64,000 nucleotides of DNA, from NCBI GenBank assembly GCA_951406725.2, contig OX597827.1:36332001-36396000 (forward strand), in the 5' to 3' direction. This DNA comes from Octopus vulgaris. Lineage: Eukaryota. A program made the translations under genes and the position numbers. This document shows, one piece after another, positions 1 through 11,842 of this stretch (position 1 is its first letter; the number at the start of each line of letters is the position of its first letter). A model generated the notes under the pieces. That model saw only the letters and a list, made by a program, of their open reading frames with translations, had not been told where the DNA came from and ran no database searches.

Positions 1-1490
1 CAACATTGTTAACTGACAAGCACTTTGGAAAGTTCTGAAAAAGTTTCACATAGCTGACAAAATGTTGAATGTTATCATCTCCTTTCATGAGGGAATGTAA
101 GCTGCTGTTGTGTCCAGCAGGGAATCTTCAGCTTCCTTTGATGTTACAAACAGCACAAAGCAAGGTTGTGTCATAGCTTGTTTTGTTTGTACTCTTCTTA
201 TCAGTGATGATGAAGTATACTTTTGGTGACTTAGAAAGGGTGTTAAATTCCAGTTTCAAATTAGTGGACTATTCAGTCATGTTTCAATACCAAAACAGTT
301 ACACACCAGTTTCATTTGTGATTTGCTTTTTGCAGATGCTTCTGCACTAGTACCAGCCTCTTTAGAGGAAACTCAGGAACTTCTAGACCAGTTTTGTGTT
401 GCATGTAAAGCCTTTGGCTTGACCAGCAACATAAAGAAGACAAAAGTGATCCACCAACCTTGCCCTACTCCTAAGCAAATTTGAGGTGTCAAGCAGAGGC
501 TGCTGGTTCACAATTTCGAACACTCATATACAGGTTGACAGGAAAAACCTAAGTGAAGTATTGACATATCTTGGTAATAAAGAGAACTTGAGGGCTTACC
601 TTGATGATGAAATCACCATCCATCTTGTGAAAGCAACCAATGCATTTGGCAAACTTTGTCATTGCCTATGGAATGAAAGGGGCATTAAACTGGACACCAA
701 AGTACAGGTCTATAAAGCTGCTATTATTACTACTCCCTTAAGATGGTGAGCCGGTAGAATTGATAGTGCACTGTACGAAATGCTTAGCAATATTTCACCT
801 GTTGCTACACTCTGAGTTCAAAGTCCACTGAGGTCGACTTGTGTTTCAGCCTTTCAGGGTTGATAAAATAAGTACCAGTTGAACACTGGGATTGATGTAA
901 TCGACCCATTCCCACCTCCCCCAAGCTGCCCTTATGGCAAAAATTTGAAATAATTATTACAACTCTCTTACATGGCTTAGGATCATGGACACCCTATAGG
1001 TGGCACATTAACCAACTAGACATCTTTCACAAAGGATGTCTCAGAACAATTTGCAGTTATTCACTAAATGACAAAGTGTTTAATGTCGACCTGTTTAGCA
1101 AGTGTAAGATTGGTAGAATTGAAAGCTTTCTAATAGTCACAAATGCACTGAGCTGGCCATGTCATCAAAATGAGTGACAAAAGTATACCCCAAAGTCCTC
1201 ATGTACAGCCAACTTGATAATGGGCACAGGAATGTTGTCGATCATAGCTCAGCTATAAGAACAAGCTGAAGAGTAACCTCTCAGCAGTCAATATAGCTCA
1301 CAACACCTTTGAATAAACAAAATGCAGATTCTTGTGTCAAAATGGCATAAGAAACTTTGTTTCAACCAGCATTAATAGGCTTAGGGCTGCAAATATACTG
1401 CCTTCACTGACTTGTAATCTTCATACTTGCAACATTGGAGGACTTCTTTGCAAATCATCGCCAGGACTCAATATGTAAATTTCACATTTG
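1..1490 (+). mobile_element. Decayed RTE-clade (BovB/Expander-like) LINE, RT and C-terminal region
   Basis: Broken translations TKQGCV, DLLFADA, FGLT.NIKKTKV, TKVQVYKAAIITT and R.AGHV.KM typical of RTE ORF; many stops and frameshifts. Confidence 0.8.
741..952 (+). mobile_element. tRNA-derived SINE (family B, core 'gaggtcgact..cctttc.gggttgataaaataagtaccag') inserted into the RTE LINE
   Basis: B-box-like gagttcaaagtcc; ~18-bp target-site duplication attattac(t/a)actc(c/t)ctta at 723-740 and 953-970. Confidence 0.8.
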
Positions 1491-3289
1491 ACATAAGTAT
1501 TATGACTAACAAAGAAAGTGTAGCTTGTTGGATCCTCATATGTTGAAACTGATAGGAGAGTCTATCATATGTCTGTATATATATCTATATAGATATAACA
1601 TATATGGGTATGTATATAGGTACACACATACATATATGTGTATACATTAAGTATGTAACATAGATGCTACTTTACTTTAATACTGTCTTAATTGCATATA
1701 CCAAGATACATATATATATCATATAGACATATATATATGTATATTAACATGGTCAGTGTAAGAAGTAACACATCTTTCTTAAAAGATTTATGATCTTTCA
1801 TGATAGATTTAAAGAAAAACCCAGTCTATCCTTAGATATATAACACTACTGACCTTCCACAAAAATACAGAAAATCTTACAGGAGTTCATACATTAACTA
1901 CACCAATGTGTATGCCATAAGCTGAAAATTGGTGAGTCAAAGTGCCTAGTGGTATTTAGTTCAGTTACATACCTTTTGTGAACTAAACCACTGAAATGAC
2001 CACATTTGATAAAATAAGTACCAATAAAATACTGGCATCAATAACATCAACTGAAAAAACTTCAAAGGCAATGTTCCATCTGCAATGACTGAAACTAGTA
2101 AAGAAAATACTAGTTTATTTTTTTTGTTCCAGTGTGATGAAATGGTATATTTGTCAAGTAGAAACCTTGTCTTCCATTTTTTAATTAATAGATGATGAGA
2201 AAATGTCAAAAATATTAAACATTTCTAATTAACAAACTATGTACTTTATCTGCAAGCTAGTTGCTTTAGAAATAGTTGCTTCTTGAATTCTTTGGAGAAA
2301 TACCTTTCTTAAAGTGTTACATATTTCAGTACTATTTTATTCATTTAAAGTTATAAAGTGATATTAATGCCCACTAACATGAATAATTTTGAAACAAAAA
2401 TTTTTATATCATTTAGGAATGTTTTTTTCCCCCAAAGTTTTCTGCATTTGAGGAAAGACAGTGGCTATAATGTCTTCTTTGATGCACCTGATCTTCAGCT
2501 TGAAACTCATAGGTTGAGATGTTCCAGAGTGAGAAGGTTGGGCATGAGTTTAGTAGAGTTTTCTGTGTGTCCAGTTACTCTTCTTGGTGGCAGGCATCAG
2601 CTAAGTAATCTTTTTTACATGTAACCTTTAACAAACAGCAGTAAGGAATGACACATTTAGAAAAAGAGCTTCAAGATATCACGGATCCTCTAACCTCAAC
2701 TGAATGTTTACAACAGAGTGATCTCTACTAAGAGCACCCTTAGACTAGAGTGTGTTGTTAAACCAGAGAGCAGGTTGGGCCAATCACACATGAATTTTAA
2801 CATGGCACTAGCACATAAGAGCTTATTTTACTGAACTCTGGTTGTTCTACTTTTTAAGCTGTCATCTTTCATTGTCTTGAGTCACTCTTTCTTCACTGAC
2901 AGTCAGTTTGGATGCCATAAGGCTTGAAGTACCAGGTAATTGCTTCTCTCTGTCAATTATCAATGGTCTCATCTTTCCTTTGAAAATTTCATTGAAAGCG
3001 GAGTTTATTGCCCTTAAGATCAAAGACTTCAACAGCATCTGATGTCAAAACAACTAACCTGCCTGTCTACTGTTTTTATGTCTCTCAATGTTGACTTGGG
3101 GTTTCTGCCAGATCACAATATTACAGTACAGTCTCTGACCTACATTCGTTCAACAGCTATGTAAGGATGGGAAAAGTATTTAATAATGAGCAAAAAATCT
3201 AATTAGAAAACACTAAGTAATTAGTTTTAACCAGCTCAAATAAGGTAGGTAAATGGGAAGCTAGATGTAAAGGCAGGGAACCATTGATA

Positions 3290-4320
3290 TTCTTTTCTTA
3301 AAGACTACATGAGAACATTTTTTAGCTAAGAGCAAGCCACTGTACCTAGCATATATAAAGAAGTATTTGACAAGGTTCCACAATCTGTGGTATAGTCACT
3401 AAAAAAACAAAGTGTAGTACTTACTTGTGAAAGCGGTGAAAACTATGTACATGGTTGTTGTCTAAAAGTTTAGTATGCTATTAGGTGTCCATCAGAGTTC
3501 ATTTCTCAATCCACTCCTATTAATTATGCTATGTTAAACTTCTTTTATGGACAATTCTCCAAGATCAACCAGTTAAATATTTAGTGAGAAAATTCCAATT
3601 ATAGAAATAAACAGAGAATGAAGAGGTTTAAAGTAATCCTAGCAAAGACAAATGTCTTAGTATGGAAGAATACTAAATTCTGTCATTAAGGATAAGGTAG
3701 AAAAGGTGTAAGGATGAATTTTATACAGTATACCTAATATAAACTATGGAGGCACAAGAGATACAATGGGTACCCAAACAAGCAGACAGATGACTTTATG
3801 TGCATCAGATGCATGGTAGATGCTACCTAGGTGACATAATCAGCAGTGGAAGTGATTGTTCTATAAGTATAGTAGCCAGAGAAAAAAACTGGAAAAGTTC
3901 AAAGAACTATTGTTTACTTAAAACAGAGGGATTATCCAAGTGAAAGACAGATTGTATAGTGCTTGCACCACAAAGTGTGATTTTGCATAGTAGCAGACCA
4001 TGGAAACTGATTGCAAAGGATGTGTGAAAACAGAGATATAGAAGCCAAATGAGTTAAGAGAAAAACTGTGTGTATATAAGTAATCAGGTGTTGTGGACAA
4101 GAGAGAACACTCAGCTAGTATAGATATGTGGTGTACATAATGGATGGCAAATGGGTAAAGAAATGCCAATGATCTGAGAGGAAGGAACCGGTTGCAAAAG
4201 AGGAAAAACAAGGAAGCTATGGGAACAAGTAGTGAAAGCTGTCTCAGAATGCTGAGCATAACAAATGGCAAGATGTTGTACTGAAGACATGTAATAAGAA
4301 AATGGATGCAAAATGTTAAG
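3290..4320 (+). mobile_element. Highly decayed RTE LINE (RT to 3' part)
   Basis: Remnants of LYLAY..K.FDKVP, GVHQ.S.L.PLL and YLGD; related to the better preserved copies at 8350-9735 and 57672-59342. Confidence 0.6.
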
Positions 4321-4476
4321 ATATGCTAACATCTAAACTAATTTATTTGTATTGCTGTAACTATCAACAAGTTTGAAAAAAAAAAGTAAAAGAAAAAGAT
4401 CAAAAACAAAATACATTTTAACCCAAGTTTTCTTTTTTGTTTAGGAAATAGGCATAAAAAAATATATCTGATGCAC

Positions 4477-4512
<36 letters not shown>

Positions 4513-4621
4513 AAACTATATATTTATTATAAGCAGTTATCTCATATTTTAACTGATAATTTAAAAAACAAAATAATAAAAGAAACTACATCAATAAATG
4601 GATATAAACACATGTAAATTA

Positions 4622-4626
<5 letters not shown>

Positions 4627-4668
<42 letters not shown>
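4627..4668. repeat. (AG)n microsatellite
   Basis: Direct reading. Confidence 0.95.
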
Positions 4669-4674
<6 letters not shown>

Positions 4675-4863
4675 AATTAATTTTTGTATTACAAATTAAT
4701 GACAAAATATATATAGAAAAATATCATTACTGAGTGATATGATAAATTACTATAAGTTAGTTTCTCCAAACTATACTTGTTATTCATCTGATGAGGTAAT
4801 TTTTTCATTAATTTTTTTTTTCAATTTATTTCAACAGTTAAAATATAAGACAGCCTTAGTAAC

Positions 4864-5229
4864 CTATTGCTTTTCATCTTGCTCAATGTTAGAGTTTCTT
4901 TTGTTCCCACTGATTTTCATTTTACTTGTATAATCTGCCAGAATGTCAGCAGTCACCTCGTCATATTTTTTCCAGATCCTTTCCACACTAGCCTCATAAG
5001 TTGCCAGGGAATCTGCAACTCTCTTGTGGTATTCTGTAACAGCTTCTGGAGTTTTTTCACTTTCCATTAACATCAAAGCAACCTTCAGTGAATTTTCATA
5101 AGCTAAACGCAGCACATCCATGTGTTGCTGGTGTTTGTCATACATGACAGAAAGCTTCTGTTCAAACACCTGCCGTGGGCCATGGTAAGAACCACCCCAG
5201 CTACGCCATGTGGAAGATTTTTTCATCAT
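4864..5229 (-). CDS. Putative 121-aa helical protein of unknown family, encoded in a probable terminal exon (about 5315 to 4810)
   Basis: Uninterrupted non-repetitive ORF; strong - strand acceptor (long polypyrimidine tract then CAG at 5318-5316); aagATG Kozak context; AATAAA at 4830-4825 shortly after the TAG; no transposon motifs seen. Confidence 0.55.
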   Translation of the reverse strand: MMKKSSTWRSWGGSYHGPRQVFEQKLSVMYDKHQQHMDVLRLAYENSLKVALMLMESEKTPEAVTEYHKRVADSLATYEASVERIWKKYDEVTADILADYTSKMKISGNKRNSNIEQDEKQ

Positions 5230-6161
5230 CTTTCTGCTTCCCGCCAGGAGTTGTTGAGACGAAAAAAGAATGAGTGTTGAAGATGAAAGTCAGCAAATAT
5301 GAAGCTGGTTTAGATCTGGAAAAAGGAGGAAAAAAAATTAATTATTATTATAATAGTTTTACTGTTATATACAAAAATATGTTTACAAGAATACACGCAC
5401 ACATACATTGTTAGTCTCAAAAATTTTGTCAACTGAGAAAGATAATTTACATGATAAATAAAGGTTTATTTATTTTATGTTTTATATTTAAAATCCAAGA
5501 AAATATTATTTTCTTTTGTTGCTATCATTTAATAATTAAACCTCATTCATGTACTAAGATTATCTTCCATTTTATTCAATGTGATTTCAGTTCATAGAAA
5601 GGGTACACTCACATGTGTGTATATTTGTTGTTTGTTTTAAAATATATTTTAAACATTTGAAATATTAATCTAAATGACTGAAATGTGTGTTATAGAAAAA
5701 CATTTTTTTAAATGGTTTTCAAAAAAAGACTTAGAAGGGAAACAATTATAAATGATGGTAGACCAATGCTGAAATGACCTAATTTGCAAAGTTCCAACAA
5801 AGAATGTATCAAACAATTATAGATTAATTTATATGAAAGAAAAAAAAAACAAATAAACAAACAAACAACATTAACTGGAAATGCAAAGTTGAATAAGTTA
5901 TTTTGTTGGCCATGCTAGTTATTTAGTTTAGAAAAAACTGTGTGGATTGATAAAGGTTACAATAATATAAATATTCTACATATGGCCATGCTAAGCATGA
6001 ACATTCCCAAAGACATAAAATCTTTAGTAGATCTTTCTTGGGAAAGTTCACATATACTTACAATTAGATGCACATAAAAGAGCATACAACAGTATAATGA
6101 AGAAGTTAAAACAGAGCTATTCTGTGATGATTGACTTGGCCATCCATTGATATGTCCCACA

Positions 6162-6928
6162 TTATGACAACGTATTTCGTCGTCTGCATGTCCGGCCTGT
6201 ACAGTGTACCTCACAGACTGACACTACTTACTGAGTCTGTCCACTATTTATTAGTAGTGGACCAGCCCATTTCTCACCTGGGGGTGTCCGCCACAACACC
6301 TTCCCCCTTTGAGATATTTTTCTTCTTTCAACAGATTTTTTTTTTCATTTCTTTTTCTTCTAACCTGAATTATTTTTCTCTTCTTATTTAGATTTCTTTC
6401 TTGTTCCACACAGAATTATATATTTTTTTTCAAAGTAAAAATCTTCAAAATGCCGCAGGTGGTACCAGTGTACATTGTTTAATGGTAGCGTATGGATTTA
6501 TTATTATTATTATATTTTTTTTGTTCCATACAGAACCAGATTTTTTTTCTTCAAAATGCTACAGGTAGTACCAGTCTACATTGTTTATTGGTAGCACTAC
6601 TACATATAGTAACCTGACTTAAATCCTTTACACAGACTTATTATTTTTCACTGTGTAGTTCAGTTCTGTGTTAGAGTTCCTGGTTTATCAGACATTTTTT
6701 TTCTTCAGAATCTTTTTTTATATATTTTTCACTGTGTGTAGTTCAGATCCCATCTTGGGATTTTTAACATTTTTTCACTATGTGAGCTCTGAATCCTCGT
6801 TGCCATTATGACGACGCATTTTGTCATCTGCATGACTGACCCATACAACATACCTCACTAACTGAGTCTGTCCACTATTTATTAGAGTGGACCAGCCCAC
6901 TCCTCAGCTGGAGGTGTCCACCACAACA
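6162..6928 (-). mobile_element. TRIM-like miniature LTR retrotransposon
   Basis: Direct repeats 6806-6928 and 6162-6298 starting TGTTG on - strand; PBS TGGCAACGAGGAT (6805-6793) matching the tRNA-Ser(GCU) 3' end; polypurine tract AAAGGGGGAAGG (6310-6299); no ORF. Confidence 0.75.
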
Positions 6929-7044
6929 TCCATACATACAAGTATGTCCTTCACATACACACATCTGTCCTCTGTTACACCCCTCCCCCACACTCCACCC
7001 CACCTATTTCTCTCTCTCTCTCTGGGATAGCTAGGTATCTCCTC

Positions 7045-8110
7045 TGTAGTGGGAATATTCAGCAATCACTTGATATCATGATTTGCTAGAATATGATCAA
7101 CAAAATTTGACCAATCATGACTTCACATCGAATAGGCTCCAAGAATGATTTTTTTGTTGCTTTTGGCGTGCTTCATTCTGAGCCTATTGAGCAGTATAAA
7201 CTTAGTAGCAGTCATAAACATTAGACAGAGAGCTTTGGCATGTAGCAAAGAAAGCACTGACTGACACTGTAGGAGTTGACCAACAGAGGCAGCAGACAGC
7301 AGCTGACAAAAGGCAAGGGAGGGCAAACAACATTAGAAGTCAGTAGCCAACAAGCAACTAGCCACACTTTATCAGTTACTACAACTACACCAAGAACAAA
7401 ATCTCTCTTGAAATTTTCTCATTCATAGTAATGATAACTATCATTTCTTGTGTATGAAAAGAATAAGGTGACCCAAGCACAAAAAATAGCAGTTAGTACT
7501 GAACATTTAAAGAACATTTCGCAGCCTCATTTTCCAACATCATTAACCAGAACCTGCAACATTGAAATATCTTTTGGACATCATCAACACATATCACTGT
7601 GTGATTCCATGTTTTGGATGCATAACCCAACAGTTTATCTATCTAGAAGTGCAGTTTTCATCCATGTGCATTACATCAGACAGCACATGCATGTCTCACA
7701 TAATCACCAGAGATTCTGCTGGAGATCCAGGATTCTCTAGATGTCATCATTTCGTATGAAACTTAAGTGAGAGTTATTAATTAAATGCATCTAGAGTTCC
7801 AGCAGTAATGGTTGTCTCAGCTTCTTATCACAGAGGAATTGAGCAACAAGAAGCATTCTCAACTTCTCTGGCACATGAAGTGGTTGCTAGGCAACAACAC
7901 CATGTATTCAGTGATATTCAAGCAGCTATTCATCAAGCGTTTGGCAACCACCATCCAGTATTTCCTTGCTGCTACAAGAGTCAACGTGCATAGAGGATTT
8001 GGCAGAGCTAGTAGATAACATTGCAGAAGTATCCACACCTTCAACAGTTGCATTAGTAGCACCGCCCAAGGAACCAATAAGATCTTGTTGTTCTCCTTTC
8101 TCTTCATCTC
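7045..8110 (+). mobile_element. Decayed Ty3/Gypsy 5' LTR plus gag (DUF7041-type) relic
   Basis: Frameshifted IP.FW.HNP..F..LEVQF...ITSDST and QLLITEEL..KK.SQLL.HMK.LLG...IFKQLFIKRL; putative LTR start TGTAG at 7045; PBS-like ggtgaccc near 7467. Confidence 0.65.
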
Positions 8111-8234
8111 CTGTCTGTTTCTTCAGATTCTTCATCATCTACAAGCTATGTGGTAGTGGCTCTCTGAGCTCAACTCATGGACAGAGATAGGCAGATAAGT
8201 AACTTATTGGCATAGATGCAAATCCCACCATACC

Positions 8235-8350
8235 ACGAAGGTATTCGTCAGGCCTGACAAGTGGCTAAAGGAGTACCCTTCATTTGGGTAATTATTCCAA
8301 GGTTCTGCTAGCTAGGAAACATGTAGCCTGGATTTTATCAACTCCATTCT
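8235..8350. repeat. Partial copy of the palindromic element at 11623-11835
   Basis: gagtacccttcatttgggtaattattccaaggttctgctagctaggaaacatgtagcctggattttatcaactccatt is the near-exact reverse complement of about 11637-11715. Confidence 0.85.
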
Positions 8351-8351
8351 C

Positions 8352-9735
8352 TATGCTGACATGGGTTGGATGGTTTGACCAGGGCTGGCAAGCTGGAAGG
8401 TTGCGCCAGACTCCAGTCTGTTTTGGCATGGTTTCTACAGGTGGATTCCCTTCCTAATGCCAAGTGTAATGGGTGCTTTTATGTGCCATTTGTGTTACAC
8501 TAGTATCTGCTACAACTGTAATTTTACTTGGCTTGATGGGCCTTCTTCTCAAGCACAGCATAATGCCAAATGGACTTGATCATTGCCCCTGTGAGGGCCA
8601 AGACTCGAAGCCTGGCATAATGCCAAATGGTCTTGGTCCTTGCCTCTGTGAGGCCCAACATTCAAAAGGAGCTCAATCATCTTATCTCTGTCAGGCTCAA
8701 CACTTGAAAGGTGCTTTTTATGTGCCACCTGCATGGGTGCCGGTTATGTGACACCAGCATCAGCCACGACTGCAATTTCACTTAGCTTGACAGGTCTTCT
8801 CAAGCACAGCATATTGCCAAAGGTCTCGGTCACTAGTCATTAACTCTGCAAGGCCAAAAGTTCAGAGATCATGCTTCACCATTTCATCCCATATCTTCCT
8901 GGTCTACCTTCTACCACAGGTTCCCTCCACAGTTAGGGATCAGCACATCTTTATATAGCTGTCCTTGTCCATGCACATCACATGACCACATCAGCGCAGT
9001 CATCTCTCTTGCACACCACATTTGATGCCTCTTATACTTTTCTCTCAAGATGCTTATACTCTGTTGAACATGCACACTGACATTGCATACCCAGTGAAGC
9101 ATACTGCCTTCATTTCTTTCAAGCCTATGCATGTCCTTGGCTGTCACAGCCCATGTTTCACTGCTATGTAGCATAGCTGTTTGCATACAGGCATTATACA
9201 ATTTGCTTTTCACTTAGGCCCTTCGTTGCCAGCAGAGGCAGGAGCTCTCTGAACTTTCCCCAGCCTATTCTTATTCTGACAGCTATGTTCTTGGAGCATC
9301 TACCTCCACTTCTAACTTGATCACCTAGGTAATGGAAGCTATCTACTACCTCTAGCTTACCCCCATGACAGTCAATGGAGTCTATCTTCTGTACATTTTC
9401 GGTGTTTATTGTACCTGTGCACCTTCCATACACAAAGGCTATTTTCTCTGTTAACCTTCCTCTGACATTGCTGCACCTTTTGTGTCCAAAGCTTACACCG
9501 GATGCATCTTTCAGAGTTACTACCTACATCTTTTTTACAGATTGAGCAGGGCCATCTACATGAAGGGTCTTCTGATTTGTCTGCCTTCCTACTTACTAAG
9601 ACTTTGGCTTTTGCTAGGTTAACTTGAAGGCCCTTTGATTCTAGACCTTACTTCCATACCTGAAACAACTGCTCTAGTTCTGGTAGTGATTCAGCTATAA
9701 GAACAAATTCATCAGTATAGAGGAGCTCCCAGCGT
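8352..9735 (-). mobile_element. 5'-truncated RTE LINE (RT end, C-terminus, 3' UTR)
   Basis: ORF fragments LEVVDSFHYLGD..GWGKFRELLPLL and AMLHSSETWAVT; YTDE at the catalytic position; family 3' UTR. Confidence 0.85.
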
Positions 9736-10099
9736 ACATATTCCCTAGTGTACATAGTCGGATCAAATGGTTTCGGACAGTGGCTCTTAAAGCTTAGGGT
9801 TAAACTCAACTACCTCTGTCAGTCTTGTAAGAAAATCCATTGAAAACCTGTGTTGATTTTCAAAGTGTTATAAGTGTAAACAACAAATTAAATAGGTGAC
9901 TTATCAGCAATTTGAACCTAAAGGCAAAATCAACAGAGGTCACAAAAGTGATGGCGGGTACTGACCAGCACCAGCTGTTGCTAGAAACAAGAGTTAAAAC
10001 AACTCAAAAGCCACAAAGCACTGTACTTACCTCCCTTTGTCAGTCATTAAGTACAGTGCTTTGTGAACCACAATGACAACAGCAACTGTTAATAAAACT

Positions 10100-11380
10100 G
10101 CTATTGAACAAAACAGAAAATACACCAAGTTCGTTCACCCTGATATGGTCGCAAACTCCATTGGAATGTTCACATATAACCCAGATGAGGGTACTACCTT
10201 TCCTGCTTGCTTTAGAAGATATACTCTTTTACTTGCTTCAGTCATTTGACTGTGGCCATGCTGGAGCACCGCCTTTAGTTGAGCAAATCGACCCCAGGAC
10301 TTATTCTTCGTAATCCTAGTAGTTATTCTATCGATCTCTTTTGCCGAACACACCAGCATCGGTTGTCAAGCGATGTTGGGGGGGGGATAAACACAGACAC
10401 ACACGACGGGCTTCTTTCAGTTTCTGTCTACCAAATCCACTCACAAGGCTTTGGTCGGCCCGAGGCTATAGTAGAAGACACTTGCCCAAGGTGCCATGCT
10501 GTGGGACTGAACCCGGAACTATGTGGTTGGTAAGCAAGCTACTTACCACACAGCCACTCATGCGCCTATATGAAGAGATTTTTAAAGAAGAATGCTCCAG
10601 CTGGCAAGATGAAAAAAAAAGTTTTGTTGAGAAAGTTGGCACTAGCCAAGCATGAAAAATATTGGAATTACATACTGCTAAAGAGATTGGATGAAATCTG
10701 TTTTAAAGAAACTGTGGATATTCTATATAAGGTTTTCAGCGAATAAAGCTCTTTATTTAATACACACTGGTAATGTTACAAAAAAAAAAAGAGGACGAAG
10801 ATTTTATTACATGCGGTGGAATTGTTAATAGGGAATAAGAGAGATTAAAAATTTAATGAATTAACATCAGACATGTTTAATTTTCGTGCAAGGTTTAATA
10901 GCAAAGAAAGACGTGGAAATTCATAACCAAATTCTGACTAAATAAGAGCAGAACCAGAAGCTAACACTACAAGAAATATCTGATGAATGCCAGAAGAAAG
11001 AAACTGCCCACATATACAATCAGTAATGAAAAAGCAGAAAATTAATCCACATTTTGGATGCGGAGAACTAACAAAACAGATTCAACTGTCCTTATAAAAA
11101 TCAAAAATGCTTCAAGTGTGGTAAGATAGGTCATTAAAAAATCACACTGTAAAAAAAGAAAACCTAGAAAATGGTCCAACAGAAACAATTATGTAAACAG
11201 TTTAGCAGTGACAAGACTAAGCGAACAAGACTAAAAGGAAATTTGTGTATGTAAAAATTAATACAAATGTAAAATTACAGTTAGATACAGGTAGTGACAT
11301 TACTTTAATTAATGAAAGCACATGGAAAAAAAATCAGGAAAACTACATTACAGAAAACATTGAAGATTTCACAGGGAGAA
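10100..11380 (+). mobile_element. Decayed Ty3/Gypsy (K02A2.6-like) gag-protease relic
   Basis: FTYNPDEG.TF.A.F..YEEIFKEEC..W.DEKK gag motif; CFKCGKIGH...C zinc knuckle near 11108-11150; aspartic protease LQLDTGSDITLI in ORF 11245-11427. Confidence 0.8.
10221..10568 (-). mobile_element. tRNA-derived SINE (family A) interrupting the Gypsy gag
   Basis: Head ggctgtgtggtaagtagcttgct..ggttcagtccca (A/B boxes) and (aagagt)n-like tail; many copies in the window. Confidence 0.85.
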
Positions 11381-11622
11381 TACTATTTACTTGTTTAAGC
11401 ATTGTACTGGATAAATTGCAAAAATAACTCAAATAGTTCAAATACTAAGAAATAAGCATACGCAATTTGATTTATACGAAATAATTTACGAACTTTCAGG
11501 AACAATAGTGGTTTATTGATGCAGATGGTTGTAAATTTTTCCCATATTGAAGTTCTATAAGTTGAAAAAGTTATTTTATAGTTTACAGTTAGCAACTGGG
11601 GTTGCTGTGTATGTGAATAAAA

Positions 11623-11835
11623 GTCCAAATTTAGGGAATGGAGTTGATAAAATCCAGGCTACATGTTTCCTAGCTAGCAGAACTTTGGAATAATTACCCA
11701 AATGAAGGGTACTCCATTAGCCACTTGTAAGGCCTGATGAATACCCTCGTTTGGGTAATTACTACTTCCAAGATTCTGCTAGCTAAGAAATATATGTAGC
11801 CTGGATTTTATCCACTCCATTCCCTAAATTAGGAC
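11623..11835. mobile_element. Palindromic foldback MITE-like element
   Basis: Arm gtccaaatttagggaatggagttgataaaatccaggctacat...tacccaaa is complementary to tttgggta...atgtagcctggattttatccactccattccctaaattaggac. Confidence 0.75.
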
Positions 11836-11842
11836 ATATATA

